Shown here piece after piece: positions 27,828-38,659 of a DNA stretch of 64,000 nt (position 1 is its first letter; every line of letters begins with the position of its first letter). The notes under the pieces are model-generated. The model saw only the letters and a list, made by a program, of their open reading frames with translations. It did no database searches and was not told where the DNA came from. A program made the translations under genes and the position numbers. Location: the NCBI GenBank assembly GCA_963832165.1, contig CAWHTE010000007.1, positions 640,001 to 704,000 of the forward strand, in the 5' to 3' direction. Source of the stretch: an uncultured delta proteobacterium. Its GTDB lineage: Bacteria; Myxococcota_A; UBA9160; SMWR01.

Positions 27828-28307
27828 CTATCCGGAATCGCCAGTTTGCGGAGCCTCTTCGCGCGCGTGGAGCACCACCAGGGCGATTGTGCCCATCAGT
27901 ACGGCGCTGAAAATTCCCATCGAGATCCCGTGCAGGCGGCGATATTGAGCCGCGGCCTCGATGTTGCCTCCGGGGCCGAACGCGAGATCGCGCAGCGCCT
28001 CGAGCTGCGGGGTCACTCCGAGCTGGGTGGCCAGGCAGAGAAGCGCGAGCACGACCGGTAGCGCGACGAGCAGGCGCCCGCGCCGCAGGACGATCGCGAG
28101 CACCGCGAGGAGCAGGCCCGCCCCGGCGCCGTACCAGTGCAGCACGTCGAGGAGCGGTCGCACGAGGTTCCCCGCCACCTGGGGCGAGGGCAGGACCTGG
28201 AACGCGACCCGCGCGATCACGAGCGCGAACAGCGCCCACGAGCCCATCCAGCCACCCAGGGCGAGCCACAGGGTGCTGCGCAGGGCCACGGCGGAGCCGC
28301 GCACCAT
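27828..28307 (-). CDS. DUF4149-like membrane protein
   Basis: Four TM segments; VAF..L...AG, YRRLHGIS. Confidence 0.7.
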   Translation of the reverse strand: MVRGSAVALRSTLWLALGGWMGSWALFALVIARVAFQVLPSPQVAGNLVRPLLDVLHWYGAGAGLLLAVLAIVLRRGRLLVALPVVLALLCLATQLGVTPQLEALRDLAFGPGGNIEAAAQYRRLHGISMGIFSAVLMGTIALVVLHAREEAPQTGDSG

Positions 28308-28498
28308 GCTCAGCGCCCCCCAAGCCCGCGCCGGCGCGGGGGGCGTCCCGGCAAGGGCCCGAGAACACGTGCCCGGAGGGGGCTCAGTTGCATGCGCGCG
28401 AAAGTGCACTCCACCCGCAAAAAAACCTCAAGGGCCGGCAACGCGGTTCCGAACAGATGATTGTTCGGGTTGAGCCAGGGGGGGGCAAGACTCGGACG

Positions 28499-28531
28499 CT
28501 TCGCCCCGGCCCATATGGGACCGGGGCGAAA
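28499..28531. terminator. GC-rich hairpin just 3' of thiC
   Basis: TTTCGCCCCGG...CCGGGGCGAAA inverted repeat; no strong U-tract. Confidence 0.5.
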
Positions 28532-28536
28532 TGCTT

Positions 28537-30331
<1,795 letters not shown>

Positions 30332-30388
30332 GCTGCGAGTCCGAACGTACCAGACCAGCGCATCGTCTGCGTTCGCTAATGTCGCGCC

Positions 30389-30958
30389 GTGCGACGGTCC
30401 CGCTGGCTCTGGCTCGTGTGTTGCGCGCTCGCGGTCGCCGCGTGCGATCGCAACCTCGAGCCGTTCGACCCGAACGAGAAGCCGCGCGAGCCGGACCTCT
30501 CGAAGATCTTCCCCGAAGGCGCTGAGAGCGCCGAGCCCGCGCAGCCCGCGCTCCCGCCCGCGCCGGGTGAGCAGCGCGGCGCTCCGCCGATGCCGACCGA
30601 GGCCGCGGCCGGGGGCTCGCAGGCACCCGTCACGGGCACCGTCGCGCTCGCGCCCGAGTTCGAGGGGCGGACCCCTGCGAACGCGGTGCTGTTCATCATC
30701 GCGCGGCGCGGGGCGGGGCCGCCGCTCGCGGTGAAGCGCGTCGCGGATCCGCGCTTCCCGCACGAGTTCTCGATCGGCCCCGATGACCGCATGATCCAGG
30801 CGATGCCGTTCGCGGGCCCGATCGAGCTCAGCGCGCGGATCGACGGCGATGGCAACGCGACGAGCCGCTCGCCCGGCGACGTGACGGGCAACGCGCAGGG
30901 TGCGCCCGTCGAGCCCGGCGCCACGGGCGTGGTGATCCTGCTCGATACGCCGCTGTAG
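30389..30958 (+). CDS. Lipoprotein with CcmI/CycH C-terminal-like Ig domain
   Basis: Lipobox VAAC; LFIIAR...PPLAVKR...FPHEF...[10 protein letters not shown]. Confidence 0.7.
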   Translation: MRRSRWLWLVCCALAVAACDRNLEPFDPNEKPREPDLSKIFPEGAESAEPAQPALPPAPGEQRGAPPMPTEAAAGGSQAPVTGTVALAPEFEGRTPANAVLFIIARRGAGPPLAVKRVADPRFPHEFSIGPDDRMIQAMPFAGPIELSARIDGDGNATSRSPGDVTGNAQGAPVEPGATGVVILLDTPL

Positions 30959-30967
30959 AGTCACGGG

Positions 30968-31888
30968 ATGGTCGAGATCCCGGCTTCCGGTGCCGCCCCG
31001 GGCTGGCTGCGCGCGCGCGATGGGGATCGCGGTGTGCGGATCTGGCTGCGCGAGCCGCTCGGCGCCGCCGATGCGGCGTCGCTCGCGCACTGCGCGAGCG
31101 ACGACGGCGCCTGGCAGGCGCTTCCGAAGATCGGAGAGGTGCGCCGCTCGAGAGTCGCTCGGTTGCAGTTGTCGTGCGGGCCGGTCGTGGTGAAGCGCTA
31201 CCGCGAGCCGCGCGCGTTCCCGGTGTACACGTTCGCGCGGCGCAGCCGGGCCGGGCGCGAGGCGCGCGCGATGGATCTCGTCGCGGCGGCGGTGCCGGAG
31301 CACGCGGTGCGCGTACTCGCGTGGCTCGAGGAGCGCCGCTTCGGATTGGTTCCCCAGTCGTTCCTCGTGACGGCGGAGTTCGAGCAGAGCTTCGACCTGC
31401 GGCGGATCAAGATGCTCGGCGAGCCCGAGCGCCGCGCTGCGGTTCTCGCCGTGCTCGAGTACCTGCCGCGTGTGATCGCGCGGCTGCACGGGCAGCGCGT
31501 GTTCGCGGCGACGCTGCGCGGGAAGAACGTGCTGCTCCAGCCCGCGACCGGGAGGATCGCGCTGATCGATCTGCCCTACGCGCGCCCGGTCGCGCGGCTC
31601 GGCGTGCAGCACCGCGTGCGCGATCTCGCGATCGCCTCGCTCGAGCTCACGCGGTTCCTCGACGGCGAGCAGTGGAAGCTGTTCCTCGCGCGCTACCGAG
31701 CGGCCGCGCGCGATCTCGGCGCGCGCGATGCCGACGGCGTGAACGCAGAGCTCGTGGCCCACGGCGCCGCGCGCGCGGGTCACCGCACGCCGCTCTCGGC
31801 GGCCGCGAAGCGCCTGAAGCGCCGCTTCCGGCACAGCCGGCTCGGCGAATGGGTCACGGGCCACCGCTATGGACCGGAGTCGCACTGA
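30968..31888 (+). CDS. LPS kinase-like protein (InaA/Kdo/WaaP family)
   Basis: VVVKRY, SRAGRE, SFLVT, KNVL, ALID, RVRDL. Confidence 0.65.
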   Translation: MVEIPASGAAPGWLRARDGDRGVRIWLREPLGAADAASLAHCASDDGAWQALPKIGEVRRSRVARLQLSCGPVVVKRYREPRAFPVYTFARRSRAGREARAMDLVAAAVPEHAVRVLAWLEERRFGLVPQSFLVTAEFEQSFDLRRIKMLGEPERRAAVLAVLEYLPRVIARLHGQRVFAATLRGKNVLLQPATGRIALIDLPYARPVARLGVQHRVRDLAIASLELTRFLDGEQWKLFLARYRAAARDLGARDADGVNAELVAHGAARAGHRTPLSAAAKRLKRRFRHSRLGEWVTGHRYGPESH

Positions 31889-31889
31889 C

Positions 31890-32546
31890 GTGGCTCTGAA
31901 CGATCGGCAGCTCGAGGTATACGCGGGCGCTCGCCGGCACGAGGAGCGCGCAGCGAGCTACTCCACCAAGTACGACCGCGAGCTCCACAAGCGCATCTCG
32001 AGCTACTTCGAACGGCGTGTGATCCAACGCGCGCTCGCGATCACGGGCGCGCGCGACGCGACCGTGATCGACGTGCCGTGCGGCGCCGGTCGCCTCACGC
32101 CGCTTCTGTTGCCCGTGTCGAAACTGCTCGTCTCGTCCGACTACTCGCCCGCCATGCTGCACTTCTTCCGCCGCGCGCACGGCAAGCCCTGCTTCGTGGG
32201 GAGCGCGTTCGATCTGCCGTTCGCGAACCGCACCTTCGACGTCGTCTTCTCGGCGCGCCTGTCGCATCACATCGAATCGGACGCGCGCCGCACCGACTAT
32301 CTGCGCGAGCTCATGCGCATCAGCCGGGGCTCCGTGATCGTCACGATCTTCGACCGCAACTCGCTCAAGAACCTGCTGCGAGAGCTCTCGCGCCGCTTCC
32401 GCGGCAAGCGCAGCAAGCACACGTTTTCGCGCGACGACGTCGACCGGATCGCGCGCGAGGGCGGCTTTGCGATCGCCGCGGGTCTCCCGCTCTCGCGGCT
32501 CGCATCGGGCCACGTGTTCTACGTGCTGCGCCGCTCCGCGAAGTAG
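31890..32546 (+). CDS. Class I SAM-dependent methyltransferase
   Basis: [19 protein letters not shown]...FD, RLSHH. Confidence 0.8.
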   Translation: MALNDRQLEVYAGARRHEERAASYSTKYDRELHKRISSYFERRVIQRALAITGARDATVIDVPCGAGRLTPLLLPVSKLLVSSDYSPAMLHFFRRAHGKPCFVGSAFDLPFANRTFDVVFSARLSHHIESDARRTDYLRELMRISRGSVIVTIFDRNSLKNLLRELSRRFRGKRSKHTFSRDDVDRIAREGGFAIAAGLPLSRLASGHVFYVLRRSAK

Positions 32547-32560
32547 GAGGGAGTCTGGAG

Positions 32561-33133
32561 ATGACGGGACCGCGGCACTGGACCACGCTCGAGAGCGAAG
32601 CGATCCAGGATTGCCGCGTGTTCTCCGTGCGCCGCATTCGCGCGCGCTCGCCGCGCACGGGCGACGCGCACGACTTCTTCGCGCTCGACTCGTCCGACTG
32701 GGTGAACGTCGTAGCGATCACTCCCGAGGAGAGCGTGGTGATGGTGCGACAGTTCCGGCACGGCGCGGGGCAGGTCACGCTCGAGACGCCGGGCGGCCTC
32801 GTCGATCCGGGCGAGACTCCGGCCGAAGCGGCGGCGCGCGAGCTGCTCGAGGAGACCGGCTATGCGGCCGACGAAATCGTTCCGCTCGGCGCCCTGAATC
32901 CAAATCCCGCGCTGTTCAGCAATCGCCTGCACGGATTCCTCGCGCGCGGCGCGCGGCCCGTCTGCGAGGTGCGCAACGATCGCACCGAGGAGACGCACGT
33001 CGAGCTCGTGCCGCTTGCGGAGCTGCGCGAGGCCGTGCGCGCGGGTCGCGTCGACCACGCGCTCGTGATCGCAGTCGCCTATCTCTATGAGCTGGATTCG
33101 AGCTCAGTCGGCGGCTCGGTGGGGCGGCGGTAG
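32561..33133 (+). CDS. NUDIX hydrolase (ADP-ribose pyrophosphatase-like)
   Basis: Nudix box GLVDPGETPAEAAARELLEETGY; VRQFRHG; NPA. Confidence 0.85.
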   Translation: MTGPRHWTTLESEAIQDCRVFSVRRIRARSPRTGDAHDFFALDSSDWVNVVAITPEESVVMVRQFRHGAGQVTLETPGGLVDPGETPAEAAARELLEETGYAADEIVPLGALNPNPALFSNRLHGFLARGARPVCEVRNDRTEETHVELVPLAELREAVRAGRVDHALVIAVAYLYELDSSSVGGSVGRR

Positions 33134-34324
33134 CCACCAGGGCAGCAGCGCGGCCACGACCAGTGCTCCGCAGCCGCCGACCTGATAGGGCGCGTCGGGG
33201 CCCGCCGCGTCGAGGAGCAGCCCCGCCCCCAGGAACGACAGCAGCCCGCCCAGGCTCACCCCCACCATGGCCAGGAGATTCTGAGCCGTCGAGCGCAGCT
33301 GCTCGGGCACGACGGCCTCGACGTAGAGCGGGCTCCCGATCACGAGCCCGGCCACCGTGATCCCGTGCAGCGCCTGCGCGGGGATCATCCAATCCGACTC
33401 GGGCGCGAACCCGCACACGATCCAGCGCACGCCGCCCGCCACGAGGCCCATCGCGAGCAGCCCGCGCGCGCCCACTCTCTGGAGTGTCGCGCCCGACAGC
33501 GCGATGAGCGGGAGCTCGAGCGAGAGCATCAGCACCCAGAGGTGGCTCACCGTGTCGAGACTGCCGCCATGCGCGCGCACGAAGATCGGAAAGATGCCCA
33601 TCGGGCCCTGCAGCATCAGGTAGCCGAGCAGCGCCATGCCGAGCAGGCGCACGTAGGGCCGGTGGGCGAGCAGACGCCGCCAGTCGCCGCGCTCCGCGCG
33701 CACTTCGAGCGCGCTCGAGCGCGGCAGTGCGAGCGCGATCGCGGCCGCGACCAGCATCAACGCGGCCGTGGCCGGGAACATCAGCGCGAGCGCGGGCTCC
33801 GAGGGTCCACCCGGCGCAGCGGCCAGGCCGCGCGCGGGATCGATCCAGCTGAGCAGGAACGGGAAGCCGAACACGAGCGCGCCGTAACCGACCGTTCCCC
33901 ACGCGCGGTACAGGCCGAAATCGTGCGTGGTCACGTTCGGCGCGATCGCGAACGTGACGGCGACGGCCGTGGGCACGAGTGCGGTAGAGAAGCACGACAG
34001 CACTGAGGTCAGCACGAGCATCGAAGCGAAGTCCGAGCCGAGCGTGAGCGACGCATAACCTGCGGCCGAGCCCAATGAGAGAACGGCGAGCACCCGCGCG
34101 CGCGTTCCCGTGCGATCGGCGAGCACTCCCCACACGGGCTGCGCCGCGATCGCCACGAGCGGTGGGATCGCGAGCAGCGCGCCCACCTGCCATCCCGTGA
34201 GCGCGAGGTTCTCGCGCAGGTAGAGGCTGAAGAACGGGAAGAAGATCCCGAGGCTGCCGAGGCTGCAGAACCAGAACGACGACATCGCGAAGCCGGCGCG
34301 TGTCGGCCGAGCGGGCGTGTGCAC
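33104..34324 (-). CDS. MFS transporter
   Basis: PFFSLYL, WGVLADRTG, RAWGTVG, QALHG, about 12 TM; start may be ATG at 34285. Confidence 0.85.
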   Translation of the reverse strand: MHTPARPTRAGFAMSSFWFCSLGSLGIFFPFFSLYLRENLALTGWQVGALLAIPPLVAIAAQPVWGVLADRTGTRARVLAVLSLGSAAGYASLTLGSDFASMLVLTSVLSCFSTALVPTAVAVTFAIAPNVTTHDFGLYRAWGTVGYGALVFGFPFLLSWIDPARGLAAAPGGPSEPALALMFPATAALMLVAAAIALALPRSSALEVRAERGDWRRLLAHRPYVRLLGMALLGYLMLQGPMGIFPIFVRAHGGSLDTVSHLWVLMLSLELPLIALSGATLQRVGARGLLAMGLVAGGVRWIVCGFAPESDWMIPAQALHGITVAGLVIGSPLYVEAVVPEQLRSTAQNLLAMVGVSLGGLLSFLGAGLLLDAAGPDAPYQVGGCGALVVAALLPWWLPPPHRAAD

Positions 34325-34328
34325 CCGA

Positions 34329-34694
34329 TCAGACCGCCGATTCGACGCGCGCGAGCAGCACGTCCACGAGCCGCTCGTCGAATCCCAGCGGCGCCGCCAC
34401 GCGCACGCGCAGCGCAGGGTGTGCGGCGCGCGCGCGCTCGACGAGCTGCGGGATGTCGCGGCTCGTGTGGCGCCCGGGACCGAGGAAGTAGGGGCACACC
34501 ACCACCTCGCTCGCGCCGCGCGCGGCGCAGCGCTCGAGGGCCGCGGCCAGCGTCGGCTCGGCGAGCTCCATGTGCGCCACCTCGACGATCGCGCCGCGCA
34601 GCCGCGCGCGCACGGCATCCGCGATCCGATCGAGCAGCTCGTTGGCCTCGGAGAGCTGGCTCCCGTGGTCGACGAGCAGGATCGCGCGGCTCAC
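34329..34694 (-). CDS. Short CbiX/SirB-type chelatase
   Basis: LLVDHGS, AHMELAEP, PYFLGPGRH...DIP, PLG. Confidence 0.8.
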   Translation of the reverse strand: MSRAILLVDHGSQLSEANELLDRIADAVRARLRGAIVEVAHMELAEPTLAAALERCAARGASEVVVCPYFLGPGRHTSRDIPQLVERARAAHPALRVRVAAPLGFDERLVDVLLARVESAV

Positions 34695-34981
34695 CAGTAA
34701 GGCGCCGTGACGGAGAGATCCGCGCACACGCGGATCTGGCACGCGAGCCGCAGCCGCGGGTCGATCCGGTTGCGCTGCTTGGTGCGCGACTCCTCGGGGG
34801 TCTCGGCGGGGATGTCGTCCCGACCCGCGAGGATCTCGAGGCCGCAGCGACCGCACAGCCCATCGGCCCGGCACGCGCTCGCAATCGGCAGCTTTGCGCC
34901 GCGCACGGCGTCGATCAGCAGCGTGCCGGCCGGCACGCGAACGCTGCGATCCTGTCCCGGGAAGTGGACCTGGACGTCCAT
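34691..34981 (-). CDS. 2Fe-2S ferredoxin
   Basis: CRADGLCGRC...RLACQ. Confidence 0.85.
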   Translation of the reverse strand: MDVQVHFPGQDRSVRVPAGTLLIDAVRGAKLPIASACRADGLCGRCGLEILAGRDDIPAETPEESRTKQRNRIDPRLRLACQIRVCADLSVTAPYW

Positions 34982-35045
34982 CGCGGGCCAGCGTAGGGCG
35001 GTGCCCAACGGGCCGCAAAACGAGTACGTCCCGTATACTGGCCCC

Positions 35046-35771
35046 ATGCCCACCGCCGGCATTCTCGTGATCGGCAACGAGATCCTCTCGGGGAAGGTGG
35101 TCGATACCAACTCCCCGTACTTGTGTAGGGAGCTCCGCGCGCTCGGGGTCGACGTCGAGCGCATCGTCACGATTCCGGACGTGATCGATGTGATCGCCGA
35201 GAACGTGCGCGCGATGTCCAAGACCTACGACCTCGTGTTCACGTCGGGCGGTATCGGACCCACGCACGACGACCTCACGATCGACGGAATCGCGGCGGCG
35301 TTCGGCCGCCAGCTCGAGCACAGCGAGACGATCGCGGCGCGGATCGAGCGCGCCACGGGCAAGGTGCCGAACGCGAGCCAGCTCAAGATGGCCCAGGTGC
35401 CCGCGGGCGCGACGCTGATCGACGCGGGAGATCTCTGGTTCCCGCTCGTGGTGGTCGAGAACGTCTACATCTTCCCGGGCATCCCGGAGCTGCTGCGCAA
35501 GAAGTTCGAGTCGGCGCGCGATCGGTTCCGCGGCGTTCCGTTCGTGATCAAGCGCGTCTACGTGACGCGCATGGAGAGCGAGATCGCCGAGCACCTCCAC
35601 GAGCTGCTCGCGGAGTTCCCCGAGCTCCATCTCGGCTCGTACCCGCGCATCCAGGAGGAGTCGTTCCGCGTGATGTTGACGCTCGAGTCGCGCGACGCGG
35701 GCTACGTGCAGCGCGCGCTCGACTCGCTGCTCGGTCGCCTTCCGGACGGCGCGGTTCGCCGGGTGGAGTGA
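35046..35771 (+). CDS. CinA N-terminal / molybdopterin-binding-domain protein
   Basis: IGNEILSGKVVDTN, GGIGPTHDDLT, FPGIP, GSYP. Confidence 0.85.
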   Translation: MPTAGILVIGNEILSGKVVDTNSPYLCRELRALGVDVERIVTIPDVIDVIAENVRAMSKTYDLVFTSGGIGPTHDDLTIDGIAAAFGRQLEHSETIAARIERATGKVPNASQLKMAQVPAGATLIDAGDLWFPLVVVENVYIFPGIPELLRKKFESARDRFRGVPFVIKRVYVTRMESEIAEHLHELLAEFPELHLGSYPRIQEESFRVMLTLESRDAGYVQRALDSLLGRLPDGAVRRVE

Positions 35772-36205
35772 CGGACTCCCTCGCGTCGGCAACCTCCTGG
35801 TTCGCGTACGGGCATCCCGCATGGATGATCGCCGCGATCGGCATGTGTCTGCTCGCGCTGCGCATCGGCCTGTCGCTGCGGCGAGCGCGTCTCGCGCGGC
35901 GCCCGCCGTCGCACGGCGCGCGCGCGCGGCACCTGCGCATCGCGAAGCCCGCGGTCGTGCTCGTTCTGGTGGGCTTCGCGCTGGGTCCGCTCTCGGTCGC
36001 GCTGCTGCGCGACTGGACGCCGATGAGCAGCTTCCACGCGCTGCTCGGCGGGATCGCGGCGGTGCTGTTCGCGGGCGCCGGGCTCCAGGGGCGCCGCCTC
36101 GAGCGCGGCGATCGCGACGCGCGCAACCTGCACGCGCTGCTCGGTGGTGCTGCGGTGTCGATCGCGCTCGCGGCGGCGATCGCGGGCTTCGTGCTGCTGC
36201 CCTAG
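35768..36205 (+). CDS. DUF4079-like membrane protein
   Basis: HP..M, H...G, R.LH histidine pattern across four TM segments. Confidence 0.6.
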   Translation: MTDSLASATSWFAYGHPAWMIAAIGMCLLALRIGLSLRRARLARRPPSHGARARHLRIAKPAVVLVLVGFALGPLSVALLRDWTPMSSFHALLGGIAAVLFAGAGLQGRRLERGDRDARNLHALLGGAAVSIALAAAIAGFVLLP

Positions 36206-36227
36206 CGCAGGAAGCCGAGGGCTCCGC

Positions 36228-36974
36228 CTACTTCTGCACCGTGTAGGTCGTGCTGAGGTAGCGACCCATCTCACTCGTCTCCGCGCGCGCGACCCTTGCA
36301 CCGAGCTGCTTCAGCAGTGCGACGACCTCCCGCTCGGGGATCGCGTACGTCTCCATGTGCGGGCCCGGCCGCGCACTGCGCGCGGCTCTGCGCTGCTCGC
36401 GCCGCCGCTCGAGCAGCGAATCGGGGATCAGGCGCTCGAGCGCGCGGACGACGCGGCGGTCGAGCCGCGCGTCCTTCCGGCGTCCGCTCGGGATCTGCAT
36501 CAGCAGCACTCCGCCGGGCCGCAAGATGCGCACGAACTCGCGGATGTAGCCGATCGCGTACTCCGGCCGCATGTGCTGCAACACGAGCAGCGTCAGCACG
36601 AAGTCGAACGACGCGTCGCCGAATATGCTCAGGTCGTCGCACTCGTTCAGCACGAAGCGACAGCGGGGATGGTCGCGGTTGAGCTCGCCCGCCAGCTCCA
36701 CCATCGACGCGGCGATGTCGATGCCGACCACTTCGTCGTAGTAGTCGCCGAGCGCGCGGCTCAAGCGGCCCGCTCCGCATCCGAAGTCGAGCGCTCGTTC
36801 GCGCCGCGTGGCGAGCCCGCTTGCGTCGAGGTCGCGCATCACCTGCGCGATCACGACGCTTCCGGTCTCGAAGAACTCGTCCTGCTTCCAGTCGTCGCGA
36901 TTCGTGAGGATCGCGAAGAATGGGCGCTCGCGGCCGAATTCGTCCCAGTTCCGTCGCAGCTCTTCGATTTTCAT
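36228..36974 (-). CDS. Class I SAM-dependent methyltransferase
   Basis: LDFGCGAGR, GIDIA, VLQH, LRPGG. Confidence 0.85.
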   Translation of the reverse strand: MKIEELRRNWDEFGRERPFFAILTNRDDWKQDEFFETGSVVIAQVMRDLDASGLATRRERALDFGCGAGRLSRALGDYYDEVVGIDIAASMVELAGELNRDHPRCRFVLNECDDLSIFGDASFDFVLTLLVLQHMRPEYAIGYIREFVRILRPGGVLLMQIPSGRRKDARLDRRVVRALERLIPDSLLERRREQRRAARSARPGPHMETYAIPEREVVALLKQLGARVARAETSEMGRYLSTTYTVQK

Positions 36975-37172
36975 TCGCCGCCCATGGTACTTCGCAGGCG
37001 CCCAGCGTCAGCGAGAAGAGCGCCGCGCCGGCCCATCTCTTCGCGCTGCGGCGCGATCCCCCGTTTCACCGTCAGTGGCGCGAGCTCAAGGCCGCGTGAA
37101 TTCGAGGGTTTTGCGCGCTAACCCTCATCCCGCGGAGCGCCGAACGCGCCCCCGGTTGGAGCGGAGCGAGCC

Positions 37173-38369
37173 ATGGCTGAACTGTTCGACGACCAAGAGA
37201 AGATCCGACTCTTCCTTCCCGAGATCATGCGCTGTCCACAGCCGGCCTATGCCGATCTCCGATCGAAGTGTCCCGTCGGGCGCATGTTCTTCACGAATTC
37301 GCCGGTCGTGTCGCGCTTCCAGGACGTACACGATGCGCTGCGCGATCCGGAGACCTTCTCGTCCGAGATCGACCTGAAGCTCGGCAACGTGCGGCCGATG
37401 ATTCCGCAGCAGCTCGATCCGCCCGTGCAGACGCGCTACCGCAAGCTGCTCGACCCCCTGTTCTCGCGCCCGAAGATGGCGGAGCTCGTGCCCGGGATCC
37501 GCGCGCACGCCAAGGCGCTGATCGATGAGGTCGCGGAGAAGGGCGAGTGCGAGTTCGATTCGGCGTTCGCGATTCCGCTGCCGTGCATTGCGTTCCTGAG
37601 CCTGTTCGGGCTGCCGCACTCGGATCTGCCGACCTTCCTCGACATGAAGGACGGGATCATCCGCCCGCACAAGTTCCTGCCGCCGGGTAGCTACGATCTC
37701 GCGAAGGCAGAAGAGATCCGGAACACCACCAGCCAGCGGATGTACGCCTACTTCGACGACGAGATCGCGCGGCGCCGTGTGAATCCGAAGCAGGATCTTC
37801 TCGGCGATCTCCTCTCCGCGGAGATCGACGGCAAGAAGCTCGAGCACAACGAGATCCTCGACATCTGCTACCTGATGTTGATGGCGGGCCTCGACACGGT
37901 GACCGCGACGCTCGGCTGCAACATCGCCTATCTCGCGGCGAACCCCGATCAACGCCGGCGGCTGGTGGAGAACCCCGGGCTGATCCCGGCCGCGGTCGAG
38001 GAACTCCTGCGCTGGGAGACGCCCGTCACCGCGGTGCCGCGCGTCGCCAAGAAGGACGTGAAGATCCAGGGCTTCGAGATCAAGGCGGGGGAGATCGTCA
38101 CGTTCCTGATCGGCTCGGCCAATACCGATGACACCCGCTTCCAGAACGCGCAGTCGGTCGACTTCGATCGCGAGCACAACAAGCACGTGGCGTTCGGGAT
38201 CGGTCCGCACCGCTGCCTCGGCTCGCACCTCGCGCGCATGGAGCTCCAGGTGGCGATGGAGGAGTGGCACAAGCGCATTCCCGAGTACTCGATCAAGCCG
38301 GGCGAGACGCCCACCTACTCACCGGGGATCCGCGAGGTGATGTACCTGCCGCTGGTGTGGAGCGCGTAG
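37173..38369 (+). CDS. Cytochrome P450
   Basis: AGLDTV (I helix), EELLR (ExxR), FGIGPHRCLG haem motif. Confidence 0.95.
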   Translation: MAELFDDQEKIRLFLPEIMRCPQPAYADLRSKCPVGRMFFTNSPVVSRFQDVHDALRDPETFSSEIDLKLGNVRPMIPQQLDPPVQTRYRKLLDPLFSRPKMAELVPGIRAHAKALIDEVAEKGECEFDSAFAIPLPCIAFLSLFGLPHSDLPTFLDMKDGIIRPHKFLPPGSYDLAKAEEIRNTTSQRMYAYFDDEIARRRVNPKQDLLGDLLSAEIDGKKLEHNEILDICYLMLMAGLDTVTATLGCNIAYLAANPDQRRRLVENPGLIPAAVEELLRWETPVTAVPRVAKKDVKIQGFEIKAGEIVTFLIGSANTDDTRFQNAQSVDFDREHNKHVAFGIGPHRCLGSHLARMELQVAMEEWHKRIPEYSIKPGETPTYSPGIREVMYLPLVWSA

Positions 38370-38373
38370 CGAC

Positions 38374-38565
38374 GTGAAGCTGCGGCTCGACGAGGCGAAG
38401 TGCACGGGTCACGGGCGCTGCTATGTGCTCGGCCCCGACGTGTTCGGCGAGGACGATTCCGGGCACTGCGTGCTGCGCGTGACCGAAGTGCCCCCCGCGC
38501 TCGCCGACCAGGCGCGCGCGGGCGAGCAGAATTGTCCGGAAGGCGCGCTCTCGATCGAGCGGTAG
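38374..38565 (+). CDS. 3Fe-4S ferredoxin, P450 partner
   Basis: CTGHGRC...CPEGA. Confidence 0.9.
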   Translation: MKLRLDEAKCTGHGRCYVLGPDVFGEDDSGHCVLRVTEVPPALADQARAGEQNCPEGALSIER

Positions 38566-38659
38566 CGAGGCGGATGCGCGCCTGGCGATGCGTCGCGCGC
38601 GGCCCGTGCGACTCGTGGCGAGTGGGCCTGGCGTCATCGTCTACCATGGCCGGTCTCCC

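Noticed and set aside
27721..27830. dif site
   Set aside because: No XerD arm resembling TTATGTTAAAT and no 11-6-11 layout.
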